Shown here: piece after piece, positions 50,230 through 62,359 of the stretch
Layout of the letters: each line of letters begins with the position of its first letter
Position numbering within the stretch: the first letter of the stretch is position 1
Source: Azolla caroliniana
Lineage: Eukaryota > Plantae > Polypodiophyta
Length of the DNA: 64,000 nucleotides
Assembly: GCA_043228905.1 (NCBI GenBank)
Contig: JBHGNT010000011.1
Span: 4,216,001-4,280,000, forward strand
Direction: 5' to 3'
The notes under the pieces: model-generated
What the model was told of the DNA's origin: nothing
Seen by the model: the letters and a program-made list of their open reading frames with translations, nothing else
Database searches by the model: none
Program-made: the position numbers and the translations under genes

Positions 50230-52697
50230 AACGCCACCATTCGGAAGAAATTAGATCTATCCGTGAATGGGGAGAAACATTTCGACATTCCCCCTGCTGA
50301 AACCCTAGGGAAATATTTTGGGGAGTATTCCGTATCCGCCAAGGCATACAGAACGAAAGAAATCCCAAACCCATTGTTTCGGGAAATAGCCAAGTTTTTA
50401 CTTGAGGTCAGTTGTGTGCACGTTAATGCATATGGGATGCCAAAACAGAAGGCAGGTATCGTCATTGATACCTTCGAGGGGCACACAATAGATTGGGGTG
50501 TAACTATGGAACCAACGCTGCGAGAGGGCCTGCACGCGTACCAGGCTGGGAAAAAGCTAAGGCCAATTATACAACAGTACCTTATGATATTGTTTCCACC
50601 TTGAGGTCTGCCCGCACCAAAGTCTAGTAAACCCATGCCGCCGCCACAATCCGCGAAACAACGATTAGCAGAACTGGCAAACACAGAATGGGAGGAGGAA
50701 TCACAACCTTCCCATCCCGTAACGCAAACAACGCAGCCGAAACCACCAGCAAGGGTAGAAGAAGTCACAAATGAGCAACAAACGGAACAACAGGAAGGAA
50801 GCCCAAGGCCGAAATGACGTAGATTGGACCAAAAGGATGGCTACAGACTGGTCAAAGACACAACCGGCCCGGTCGACACTTCCGCCCCTACAGAGCCCGT
50901 AACTACGACAGAGATAATCGGGGAATTGCGGCTGATCATTATGACTCAGTCACAACGTGGAAAAGGAGTGCTCACGGAAGAAAGCGAGGTTCTGAAGTAC
51001 CCTCATATCCTGGATATGGCCCACGAGTTCGGCGCACTATTACAGTTTGGAACGACTTACGAACTCATGGAATTTTTAACAACGCAACAAATCAAGGTAT
51101 CCCAGAGAATGGCAGAAGAGCAAGCGGAACAGCAGATGATTGAGCGTGCGCTCACACGAATAGCAGAAAGCGAAGATGAGGGGCCCCTTAGCAAGGTGGG
51201 CAGGCTGCGGAACGCAGGGATTCGCCCCATGGGCATTGAATTACCCCCATTGAATACAACCCTTGTCAAAACGCATAGGGAATTGGCTAAAGTCAATACG
51301 GGCACCAAGGACATGGCGATCAAAAATAAAAATTTCTGGAAAGTAGTCAAGTGAACCCAATCACAACTATAGAAAGCTAAAGAGCACATCGCGGAGTTAG
51401 AATGCGGCATGTCTACGACACAGCAAAAACCTAGACCAACGTCCAGTGATGACGCGTCAAAGTCCTTACGGGAAAAGGTCGAAGCATAGACTGCCATCAC
51501 CACAAAAGTAAAAAGAGCTACACCGCTGGTGGAGTCCGAGATTAACCGCCTCCGCGTGGAACTCTGCCAATCATCAGATAGAGAAACAGATATCCAGGAA
51601 AAAGGATGAAGGGAGGTGAAAGCACTAGAGGACAAGTTCGAGGCAGAGGCAGCAGCGCACAACAACACAAAAGAGGAAAACAGGAAGCTATGTGAGGAAG
51701 CCCAAAAGACGGAAGTGGTGGTCATAGGACTCCAGGAGTTATTGGAAAAGAAGAAAGCATGGTACGACGAACAGCTCGTACGGGAACAGGAAGTAACGCA
51801 TCATGTAGAAGTCCGCTTGAATAATGAAATGGGCTAGCTAGAAGAACTACACCTGAAGGAATCCCAGATATGGGCGAAGGTGAAGAACCATTATGAGGAA
51901 GTGGTTACGACCAACAAGCGTAAAATCGAAATCCTCAAGAAAGCTCTGGATGAAGCCCAAAAACGCTCCCGAATGATAGCCTACAATGAATGCATTCTTC
52001 TCCAAACAAACCGCGAGTGGTTCACAGCGCAATTAAAAACGGCGTTGGACAAAGGTTGGACGGCGTGGGTAACGCAAGCAGCGGAATTGCATACCTTCCG
52101 GGTGGACTGGGAGAACCGACGAAAAGAAGGTCGAGGCTTCTACAAGCTCAATGAGGAAAGCATCGCGGCAATATGACAAGACCTTGCACAGGATTATCAC
52201 ACACTAGTAGATCAGCACTCCGAGGAACTCGCGTGGAAGATTTCGGGGAATCTCAGGATGATATTTTTCACCGAATAATGGAGATCATCAGCACACAGCA
52301 GGGGGCGGAGCCAATTGCGATACCGGACAGTGATTCCGCCGAACAACATGAACCTTAGCCTAATTCGAATGAACCATCGGAGGTGACCACGACACCTATC
52401 AACGTTGCGGAGGATAAGGATAAGGAAGGACCCCGTACACAGACGGAAGAACCAACGCCCAAACCAACGAGGAATGAACCAAACTGCGAACCAACTGAGC
52501 CGGTCCTGATCACACAGAGAGAAGATGACAACACGGGGACTCGCACACCTACCGAGCACGACGAAGAAGGAAATGTGGAGTTACATAAACCAGTCGAGCA
52601 AAATAACGAAGCACTTACGAATGTCATGCTTTCTCCAGACCAGGGCTCACGAATGGAGCCAAATATCCTGGACATTTTGAATGATGAATAGAGGAAT

Positions 52698-52738
52698 GTG
52701 GGTCCGACGAACCATGGCTCTGTCCCACAAGCGTGCCA
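52698..52738 (+). other. tRNA-3'-half-like module at the PPT position (element J)
   Basis: GTGGGTCCGA-cgaaccatggctct-GTCCCAC-AAGCGTG-CCA, then ag, then the LTR TGTTGTCC. Confidence 0.8.
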
Positions 52739-53584
52739 AGTGTTGTCCGCCGGAATTGTAACTGTCGAACATGGCGCATAAAATATAAAATATATTAGAA
52801 GCATTAGGAAATGTATGTAACGGTTCACGCGAGGAGCATGACTGACTAAAAGCCCTGTGTATATAAAGGGAAAAAATCCTCTGTAAGAGGTGTGTGTAAT
52901 TTTTGGGAGTGAAGCTTTTGTAATAGAATCCTATCTTCTCTTATCTCCTTGTTTGTCTGTGTAAGTAGTCTACTATCTTGGCGCTACATTCTAATTTGTA
53001 ACTGTGAGTTGTGAGTGTAGGGAAAGTCCGTTCTCCCCTTCACACCCAGACGATACGTTTGCTCAGTATCCTATTACGACTCACACCCAACACAGACTTG
53101 TTCCTTGTAAACACAGTACCTTGAAGTCTACCTCGAAGGACTGAGCGTAGACGGTCCTCCTAATCGGTAATTCTCTCTTCCTTTTGCTAGTACGCAAAGA
53201 ATGTTTCACCACATCAACTTCATAAGGGACAACAATCACATAATACCAACACAAGAAATAGACCCAAAACTGTATGTATTACGAGTATGTAATGAATACA
53301 GTTACATGGCCCATGGCCGGAATTAACAACAAAGTAATAGTATGACCTAGACCCTCAGAATCCGGTAATCACGGGCTATAATTCCCTTCTTTTTTCCCCT
53401 TTCTTGTCTCATTCTCCGTTTCTTCTTTTTATAGCTGTTCCCTTCCTCTTTGCTTCGGCGCGCTTTGCTTCTTCCCGTTCTTGGTTGCACATATTGTAGT
53501 TGTCTTCATTCCTTACGGTTGCTCACCTACTTTGACCTACTTCCTATTACATTTCTTAGAATTACAATTTTCACCCATGGACAC

Positions 53585-56500
53585 TGTTGGGATTTCGGTC
53601 CCTCCGGATGGGATGTCCCCGGAGATAAATGACGGCAAGCCCGGTTGCGGTTACGGAACCGGATGATGAAGAGTACCCGGCATGAAGCCGGATGAAGTGT
53701 ACCCGGATGCGGATCCGGATGATGAAGAGTACCCGGCATGAAGCCGGATGAAGAGTACCCGGATACGGATCCGGATGATGAAGACCCCGGCTACGGAGCT
53801 GGATGCTGAAGACCCCGGCTACGGAGCCAGATGACGAATGTACCCGGAGAGAGATCCGGATGCGGGGACATATTTGTGAATATGTTTGCTAAGAGCCCTT
53901 GAGGCTATATTTGTAAATAGCCCGAAAGTCATATGTGTATAAATATGACTTAGGGCAAACAGTTTAAATGTTGTTGCTCATTTTATGTTTTCTGCCGAGA
54001 GAGTGAAGTGAGTGCAGCCGAGAGAGAGAGAGAGAAAGGAAGAGGTCGACGCCTCTGTGTATTTCCGCCGCCTGTGGCGAGGATAGCGAGCTCAAGGTCG
54101 TCGCCTTGCAGCTCGCCATTGTATACTTCTCTTTGTATAGTGTTGGTTTGGAGTCTCGTACTCCCGTGGTTTTTCCCGTATAGGGTTTTCACGTTAATCC
54201 CTGTGTATTCGTGTGTTTCTCACTGTGGTTCCTATTTTCTGCTGCATTGATTAGCGCTTACTCGGTTGTGGCCGAGTGGTGAAGGTGAATCGAATCGGCG
54301 ATTCCCAACAAACTGGTATCAGAGCACGGTAACACAGAAAATGGAAGGCGGCGGTAGTGGGCCTCCGGGCATGATGGTGTTGAACTCACAGAACTACGCC
54401 GACTGGAAGATAAAGATGGAAGACCTTCTCATCGTCCGAGACCTGTATGAACCGATCGACAATGCCGAGATACCCAAGGGGGTAATAGAGTCGGAGTGGA
54501 AGCTCCTGAACCGGAAAGCCGTAGCGACGATCCGGCAATATGTCGATGTAAGCGTTCTACAACATGTGGCGAACGACACCAACGCATATGAGATGTGGAA
54601 GAAGCTGTCGGGCCTCTACGAGAGGAAGAATGCGTTGAACCGGACCTCCCTGATGAGGAAGATAGTGAACCTCAAGTACCGGGACGGCGAGAATATGGTG
54701 GAACACGTGAGCACGTTCATGGGATTCGTGAACCAGCTTGCGGCGATCAAGTTCCCGTTGGAGGATGCAATGCAAGCCATCATTCTGATGTGTACATTGA
54801 CGGAAAGCTGGGAGAACTTGGTGGTGACTGTCAGCACCTCCTGCACCGAAGATAACCTGTCTCTACAAACGGTAAAGACAAGTATTTTGAACGAAGAAGC
54901 GCGTCGGAGAGATAAAGAACCGGCCTCCGACTCGAAGGCGCTGCTTACCGAATCGGATCGGGGAAGACAATGGAACCGGAGTCCGCAAAGACGGGAGAAG
55001 TCGGGGACCCGGTCGCAGTCAAGAGGAAGGCCCACATGCTTCCACTGTGGGAAGCCGGGGCACTTCCGGAAGAATTGTCGGCATTACCGAAAGGACAACG
55101 GAGCCGTCGACACCGATTCGAAGAAGTCACCGGAGAGAAACGGTGCATACCGGGGAGCCACGGACCGAAGAGGTCCGGATCGGCGAGGGCAGGACCGGAA
55201 AGGAACGACGGCACTCGCGGCAAGTGAAGAAGAGATAATGCTCATTACCGAAGAGAGGGAGCTGAACCTTGCCGGTGCAGAGATGACCTGGGTGGTCGAT
55301 TCCGGAGCATCGTTCCACCTGACCCCGGAGAGAAGATACTTCTCATCCTACACAGCCGGTGAGCATGGCTGTGTTCGGATGGGAAATGAAGGTACGTGCC
55401 GGATTGCCGGCATAGGAGACGTGTGGTTGACAACCCCGACCGGATGCAAAATGCTGCTGAAGGATGTCCGACACGTTCCGGAGGTTCGATTGAACCTGAT
55501 TTCGGCCGGGAGGCTAGACGATGAAGGCTACACAGGTAGCATCCGGAACGGCGTGATGAAGTTCAGCAAGGGGAGCCTGATAGTGGCTCGGGCCCAGAAG
55601 GTCAACACACTGTACCTGATGAATTCCCGGCTATGTCCGGAGGAGCTGAATGTGGCAGCCGACACTGCCGGTGAGCTGTGGCACAAGAGACTGTGCCACA
55701 TGAGTGAGAAGGGGATGAAGAGGCTTGCAGAAGACAACCTTATTCCAGTGAAGCATGTGCACCTGGAGAAGTGCACCGATTGCCTGGCCGGTAAGCAGAA
55801 CCGAACCTCCTTCCACTCAAGGCCACCGACGAGACATAGCGCACCATTGGAGTTGGTGCATACTGATGTGTGTCAGGTAGAAACGAAGTCACACGGCGGA
55901 GCCCAGTACTTCGTGACATTCATTGATGATCATAGCCGGAAGCTGTGGACAGCACCGTTGAAGACAAAGGACCAAGTATTGTCCGTCTTCAAAGAACTCC
56001 ACGCGAGAGTGGAAAGGGAATCCGGCAAGAAGCTGAAAGCGATACGAGCGGATAACGGAGGGGAATACCGGGGGCAGTTCCAGGAGTACTGTCGCTCGAA
56101 GGGAATCCGGCTCGAGTTTACTGTGCCGAAGACGCCGGAACTGAACGGGCTGGCCGAGAGGATGAACCGGACCATAATGGAGAGGCTCCGGAGTATGTTG
56201 GCGCATGCGAAATTACCCAAGGGGTTTTGGGCTGAGGCTATGTCGACGGCGACATACGTGATAAACAGATCACCCTCAGTACCTTTGGACGGAGACACGC
56301 CGCAGAAAGTGTGGACCGGTAAGGAAGTGTCCTACCGGCATCTGAAGGTGTTCGGGTGTCTCACTTACGTGCATGTGGCAAAGGACCGGAGAGGAAAGCT
56401 AGATCCAAAGACCCGGCCATGCATATTCCTCGGTTACGGCAACGACGAGTTCGGCTACCGAGTATGGGACCCGGTCGACAAGAAGATATTCAGGAGTCGA

Positions 56501-59177
56501 GACATCATCTTCATGGAGGACAAGACACTCGCCGACTTGGAGTCGGAGAAGAAGATGAAGAGCTCCAAGTCGACCGGTGAGGATCAACTCTACGAGGAGC
56601 AGTCCCGACCGACAAGGGACCGGATAGCACTCGAGGATCCGGCCGAAGACGGTGAAGAAACAGAACCGGCCGAAGAAGATGAAAATGATACCGGAACCGG
56701 CCCCGATCCCGAAATGGATTCGGATGAAGAAGAATCGGAAGAACCGGTTACCGAAGCTCCGGAACGGAGATATCCTCTAAGGGAGAGAAGGGCCCCCCGG
56801 AGATTTCCGGAACCAGAGCACGTACTGCTAACCGACGAGGGGGAGCCGGAGAGCTTTGAAGAAGCAAAGCATGACACCCAGAGCCGCAGGTGGTTGAGTG
56901 CCATGCAGGACGAGATTGATTCCCTGCATGAGAACCACACATATGAACTTGTGGAGCTGCCGAAAGGAAAACGGGCACTCCGTAACAAGTGGGTGTTCAA
57001 GCTGAAACCGGGAGATGCCGGAAACCCCACGAGATACAAAGCGAGGATCGTAGTGAAGGGGTTCCAGCAGAAGAAGGGCGTCGACTTCGACGAGATATTT
57101 GCCCCGGTAGTGAAGATGACCTCCATCCGGACGGTGCTGAGCGTAGCGGCAAGCATGGACCTCGAGGTAGAACAGATGGACGTGAAGACGGCATTCCTTC
57201 ACGGTGACCTCGAAGAAGAAATCTACATGCAGCAACCGGAAGGATTCGAGAAGAAAGGGAAGGAGCAACTGGTATGCCGGTTGAAGAAGAGCCTTTACGG
57301 ACTGAAGCAGGCTCCCCGGCAATGGTACCGGAAGTTCGACTCCTTCATGACCGACGAAGGGTACCACAAAACGCAGTCCGATCACTGCGTGTTTGTGAAG
57401 AAGTTCGAAGGAGGAGACTCTCTAATACTCCTCCTGTACGTGGACGACATGTTGATCGTCGGACGGGACCAGGGCAAGATACGGATGCTGAAGAAAGCAC
57501 TTCACCGAACCTTCTCAATGAAGGACCTGGGTCCGGCGAGGCAAATACTAGGGATGCACATCATCCGAGACCGGAAGAAGAAGCTGTTGTGGCTGTCACA
57601 GGAGAAGTACGTAACAAAGGTGCTTCACCGGTTCAACATGTCGGAAGCAAGACCGGTCGGATCAACCCTCCCGGCAAACTGCAAGCTGTCCAGCAAGCAA
57701 AGCCCCAAGACAAAGGCTGAGAAAGAGGACATGATGAAAGTACCATATGCCTCTGCCGTCGGAAGCTTGATGTACGCAATGGTGTGTACAAGACCGGACA
57801 TAGGATATGCAGTTGGAGTGGTGAGCCGGTACATGAGCAATCCCGGCAAAGAGCACTGGAACGCGGTCAAGTGGATACTCCGATACCTGAAGGGCACGGC
57901 AAACGTGTGCCTCCGATTCGGCTCCGGTAAGCCCGAACTCGACGGCTTTACCGATTCGGATATGTCGGCTGATGCAGATACCAGCCGGTCCACATCAGGG
58001 TATGTGATGACGTATGCAGGGGGAGCTGTTTCGTGGCAGTCGAGGCTGCAGAAGACGGTTGCCTTGTCAACCACGGAGGCGGAGTACATGGCGGCTGTTG
58101 AAGCCGGCAAGGAAATAATATGGATGAAGGACTTCATTAGAGAGCTCGGTATCCGGCAAGAGGAGTACCAACTCTACTGCAACAGTCAGAGTGCCATCCA
58201 CCTTGCGAAGAACGCGGCCTATCACTCCCGGACGAAGCACATCCAGCGAAGATATCACTGGATCCGGGAAAGGATAGAAGAACAGGAGTTCGTGCTGACG
58301 AAGATCCACACGGACGAGAACGGCTCAGATATGCTGACCAAAGTGCTCACACCCGACAAGTTGGAAGCATGCCGGAAGAGGATTGGCTTGGAGAGACATC
58401 CCATGCCGAATTGAAGGGAGAGACATCCCATCCCGAAGTGAAGGGGGAGTTTGTTGGGATTTCGGTCCCTCCGGATGGGATGTCCCCGGAGATAAATGAC
58501 GGCAAGCCCGGTTGCGGTTACGGAACCGGATGATGAAGAGTACCCGGCATGAAGCCGGATGAAGTGTACCCGGATGCGGATCCGGATGATGAAGAGTACC
58601 CGGCATGAAGCCGGATGAAGAGTACCCGGATACGGATCCGGATGATGAAGACCCCGGCTACGGAGCTGGATGCTGAAGACCCCGGCTACGGAGCCAGATG
58701 ACGAATGTACCCGGAGAGAGATCCGGATGCGGGGACATATTTGTGAATATGTTTGCTAAGAGCCCTTGAGGCTATATTTGTAAATAGCCCGAAAGTCATA
58801 TGTGTATAAATATGACTTAGGGCAAACAGTTTAAATGTTGTTGCTCATTTTATGTTTTCTGCCGAGAGAGTGAAGTGAGTGCAGCCGAGAGAGAGAGAGA
58901 GAAAGGAAGAGGTCGACGCCTCTGTGTATTTCCGCCGCCTGTGGCGAGGACAGCGAGCTCAAGGTCGTCGCCTTGCAGCTCGCCATTGTATACTTCTCTT
59001 TGTATAGTGTTGGTTTGGAGTCTCGTACTCCCGTGGTTTTTCCCGTATAGGGTTTTCACGTTAATCCCTGTGTATTCGTGTGTTTCTCACTGTGGTTCCT
59101 ATTTTCTGCTGCATTGATTAGCGCTTACTCGGTTGTGGCCGAGTGGTGAAGGTGAATCGAATCGGCGATTCCCAACA
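53585..59177 (+). mobile_element. Structurally intact, very young Ty1/Copia element H
   Basis: 726-bp LTRs at 53585-54310 and 58452-59177 (one substitution noticed); TSD GACAC; PBS-iMet TGGTATCAGAGC at 54314-54325; PPT at 58440-58449. Confidence 0.97.
54341..58414 (+). CDS. pol: Copia Gag-Pol polyprotein (gag, zinc knuckle, PR, INT, RT, RNase H)
   Basis: Uninterrupted ORF: CFHCGKPGHFRKNC, WVVDSGAS, LWHKRLCH, VHTDV/RADNGGEY/LAERMNRT, LLYVDDML, GFTDSD/TTEAEY. Confidence 0.97.
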   Translation: MEGGGSGPPGMMVLNSQNYADWKIKMEDLLIVRDLYEPIDNAEIPKGVIESEWKLLNRKAVATIRQYVDVSVLQHVANDTNAYEMWKKLSGLYERKNALNRTSLMRKIVNLKYRDGENMVEHVSTFMGFVNQLAAIKFPLEDAMQAIILMCTLTESWENLVVTVSTSCTEDNLSLQTVKTSILNEEARRRDKEPASDSKALLTESDRGRQWNRSPQRREKSGTRSQSRGRPTCFHCGKPGHFRKNCRHYRKDNGAVDTDSKKSPERNGAYRGATDRRGPDRRGQDRKGTTALAASEEEIMLITEERELNLAGAEMTWVVDSGASFHLTPERRYFSSYTAGEHGCVRMGNEGTCRIAGIGDVWLTTPTGCKMLLKDVRHVPEVRLNLISAGRLDDEGYTGSIRNGVMKFSKGSLIVARAQKVNTLYLMNSRLCPEELNVAADTAGELWHKRLCHMSEKGMKRLAEDNLIPVKHVHLEKCTDCLAGKQNRTSFHSRPPTRHSAPLELVHTDVCQVETKSHGGAQYFVTFIDDHSRKLWTAPLKTKDQVLSVFKELHARVERESGKKLKAIRADNGGEYRGQFQEYCRSKGIRLEFTVPKTPELNGLAERMNRTIMERLRSMLAHAKLPKGFWAEAMSTATYVINRSPSVPLDGDTPQKVWTGKEVSYRHLKVFGCLTYVHVAKDRRGKLDPKTRPCIFLGYGNDEFGYRVWDPVDKKIFRSRDIIFMEDKTLADLESEKKMKSSKSTGEDQLYEEQSRPTRDRIALEDPAEDGEETEPAEEDENDTGTGPDPEMDSDEEESEEPVTEAPERRYPLRERRAPRRFPEPEHVLLTDEGEPESFEEAKHDTQSRRWLSAMQDEIDSLHENHTYELVELPKGKRALRNKWVFKLKPGDAGNPTRYKARIVVKGFQQKKGVDFDEIFAPVVKMTSIRTVLSVAASMDLEVEQMDVKTAFLHGDLEEEIYMQQPEGFEKKGKEQLVCRLKKSLYGLKQAPRQWYRKFDSFMTDEGYHKTQSDHCVFVKKFEGGDSLILLLYVDDMLIVGRDQGKIRMLKKALHRTFSMKDLGPARQILGMHIIRDRKKKLLWLSQEKYVTKVLHRFNMSEARPVGSTLPANCKLSSKQSPKTKAEKEDMMKVPYASAVGSLMYAMVCTRPDIGYAVGVVSRYMSNPGKEHWNAVKWILRYLKGTANVCLRFGSGKPELDGFTDSDMSADADTSRSTSGYVMTYAGGAVSWQSRLQKTVALSTTEAEYMAAVEAGKEIIWMKDFIRELGIRQEEYQLYCNSQSAIHLAKNAAYHSRTKHIQRRYHWIRERIEEQEFVLTKIHTDENGSDMLTKVLTPDKLEACRKRIGLERHPMPN

Positions 59178-59186
59178 GACACCACT

Positions 59187-59227
59187 TGGCACGCCTGTGG
59201 GACAACGCCTTGGCACGTCGAATCCAC
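59187..59227 (-). other. tRNA-3'-half-like module at the PPT position (element I)
   Basis: Element sense reads GTGGATTCGA-cgtgccaaggcgtt-GTCCCAC-AGGCGTG-CCA, then ag, then the LTR. Confidence 0.8.
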
Positions 59228-62200
59228 AAAAATCAAATAGTACCATAATTGAAATACATAAAAATGACTATGTTACATTTTATTTCTCATTTAAAATCTC
59301 GAGGATGCCCTCGGTGTGGTTTGGATCGGCCGTCTCCTTCTTTTGAGTCATCGCAGGGTCGGGTTGCGTTTGTGCTCAGTCTTTCCTGTGCAGTTGAAAC
59401 ATCTTCCTCGTTTTTGTCTGGCTCATTTCCCGCATTGATCTAGGATGCCTAGGAGGTTGGGGTGTCACGCTCTAGCTCTTGTTGTCATGTGTCAGATGCT
59501 TCTGGTTAGTCGGGGGAGTTGGCATTCATGGCTCGTTCTGTGTCAAGCATCAGCAGCATTTGATTGTCGTTCAATTCCTCGAGGAGCTTTCTGATGGCTT
59601 TGGTATGCACATCGGCCAAGGCATGAAAGTCCTTAGTGAGGCCTTCGCAGATCATTTGGATACTAGTGTCGTCCATTTTGTAAAAACCTCGGCCCTCTTT
59701 TTTTCGGTTTTTGGCATCAGCCCGTAGAACCTGTAATTCGGCTACTTGAGCCAACCATTGCTTCCAACCATCCGCGATCGTTTCCTTGACTTTTCAATTC
59801 AGCTTTTGTCATTGTTTCATTACTAGGGTGTGGATGCGCTCCCCCCTTTTGTCGTATTTGGCCTGTAGTATAGTCGTCTCGTGTTTCGCTTCAGTGTCAT
59901 GATGATTTCTCACGATGTGTTGAGGGCAATTACCGAGTTCTAATGTTGCATTGATTTGGCACTTGTGAAGGGCATCAGCCAATCTGGAATGTTCCTTTTC
60001 GGCAACTTCGTATTTCTGCAAAAATCGATTGGAGCGTACCTGCATTTCAACGAGTTCCTTGTTTAATGAGGTGATTTGTGTAGCCACAATGTCCTGTATG
60101 GACTGTATAGATTCGACCACTTTCATTTCTGCCTCCTAGACCTACGTCGTCCACTTGTTGAGCAGTTTCGTCAGTTCGGCTACACTTTGTGCGGCATGTT
60201 CCTTACTCTTCGCAACCTCCGTTTGGGCCTGCTCATAGCGTTCTTTAGCTTTATCCACAATGGCCTTGTGCACGACAATATCTTCTTCGTACTGGCGAAT
60301 AGGTTTGGTGAAAATCTTCCTTGGTCTGTGTGGATGTTGTTGTTAGAGCGTGAGGGTAGGGTGAATCTGCCGGAACGGTCATGTTAGTCCGTTCGAGCTC
60401 ACATGGTTGGTCCATCTGCGTCGTGATGTCATTGGTTGTAGGTTTGAAAGGCGGCAAAGAGAGTGTGGTAGTCTGCTCCTTTGTACGGAAATGTTGCTCA
60501 AATTCGAAGCATTGTAACTCACATGCCTGCCACAAGTCCATGGCAGTCTTTGCTTGTTGGCTCGCCAATTTATTTCGTGCGGCCATGTCTTTTGCAGGAC
60601 GTGTGGTTCTCTCCAATTCGCAGTAGACTTCTACTAACGCCGTGTTGAGCTCCAAAAGCTCAATACGTGTTCGGCGATTCTTCGTCATCTGAAGCCGGCT
60701 CGTTCTCCAAGGCCCTCTCTATGGTCTGTTGTTCAGCGTGATCCTGGGCCATGTGGGCCGTGGCAGCTACTTGAAGTCTTGCCAAGAAGTCTATGAGTTT
60801 GTATGGCGTGCCATGCTGGAGGAATATGCCAAGCTCAAATGCCTCCGCGGGTCATCCCTTAAACGTTAAGACCTCGTCCTCCGAAAACTACAAGTGTTGG
60901 CCTTCTTCAATTTGTCTTTCAGAAGCTAGCGGGGTGGTTTGTCAGATAGCTACAGATTTCTCCGGTATGACGATCAATTGTTTGTCAGCAGCCGTAATTT
61001 CATCCTTTCTTTGTTTTGTGCTGCTCAGGTCGGTTCGGCGACGCTACGCAGCCGGATCTACCTCCGGGGATGTTTGTGCATCGCGATCCCATTTTTGTTG
61101 GGTTCCCTCTAAGCATGGGACCTTTGGAACAGGCTATGGCAATTCTGTCTGTTTGGCCGGTTTTGGGTTTGCTGTCGGGCGGGCTGAAGTTATTTTCAGG
61201 ACCGCCTTATCACAGCCACGTATAGTGATGTTGTGCCCTTCTTCAGTGTTTTTCTCGGCTGGGGTTGTGGTGAGGGCCTAGGTATCGTCAACCTGCCACT
61301 CTTCATGTGACAACTACAATGTGCACTGTCGTTTCGCCTTAGGAGGTGGAGCAGGAAGTGCCAATTTTCGGCGTGGCGTCTATGCTTGGGGAGGGTAAAG
61401 CACAATAGTGTACTATGCTAGTACCGGTAAAAATCGTTTCCCCGATTGAAAGGAGACGATGGCCATGCAGACTCCTTTGCCTGTTATAATACACCAATCA
61501 ATGGCTTTGCTGCGATAAGCCGTGATGATCAATCATGCCTTCTTCTTTGGCATTCTGTACGGGTTGGCATGGACGTAGGCGTACTCGAGGAGAAAGTGGG
61601 CTAGGTTCCCGAAGAACTCGTTGGGACCCCCATGAGTGCGATGGGCCTTCGTCGAGAGTGAATACTCTCTGAAGTGTTGCTCCAAATTATGTTGGGACGA
61701 CGCGTCGATGTCCTGCTCGCCCCCTCTCTATAGTCGCAGCGCTGCAGTATCATATTGTTGCTGATGGTGTCTAGGTGGATTTTCTTGGCGATGGCTTAGG
61801 CTTCTCGGTGAGGAGGCGCTTCGAGCACTGCACAAATCATATTGTTGTTGATGGTGTCTGGGTGGATTTTCTTGGCGATGGCCTGGGATTCCAAGTGAGG
61901 AGGTGGTTATCCAGGTGCGGAGCTCCTTAGATACTTTGAGGTGGAGAGCGAGAGGGAGGTAGGTTACAAAGAGTAAGAGAGTGATAGCAGGTTTGAGCAG
62001 AATGATTGTGGTCGTTGTGGCTGTTGTTGTTTCTTTTATGTGAATGCCTCAGTTCTCGAGACGTGCCCTTGTGCCCTAGATTGAGAATCTTCCATCCCAT
62101 ACTAATAGTCATGTGAATTGTCGGTACTTTCTTTTCTTGAAGATTGTTCCTCGTCTTTAAATAGTGAGTGAGTTTCTTTCTTCTTCTTTTTTTAAATAAT

Positions 62201-62359
62201 AATAATGTACACGTGGAAGGTAGGTAGGGCCATTACCATGATTGAGGCGTGATGCCCTTAAAATCTTTTGTTCCACCTACCAGAGATTGGTTGTGGTCGT
62301 GTCGTTGTGTATCGAAGGGGTTAGGTGGTGTCCGTCCACGGTATGGTTTCAATCAAAAT

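Larger units (their letters stand above)
47765..53172 (+). mobile_element. 5'-truncated Gypsy element J (RH, INT, extra ORF, 3' LTR 52741-~53172); relative of C
   Basis: Colinear homology with 18400-23839. Confidence 0.88.
53173..62359 (-). mobile_element. 3' part of degraded Gypsy element I (INT tail, extra ORF, 3' LTR); hosts the intact Copia
   Basis: LKPYRGRTPPNPF at ~62310-62355; GRGFYK extra-ORF motif at ~59690; LTR starts TGGTGTC at 59184 and resumes left of 53584. Confidence 0.75.

Noticed and set aside
53640-53860. Repeat arrays (also 46980-47160 and 12930-13090) as CRISPR-like
   Set aside because: No unique spacers, they lie inside Copia LTRs, and there are no cas genes.
53983-54250. 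Small ORFs duplicated at 58850-59117
   Set aside because: Incidental frames within the two LTR copies.
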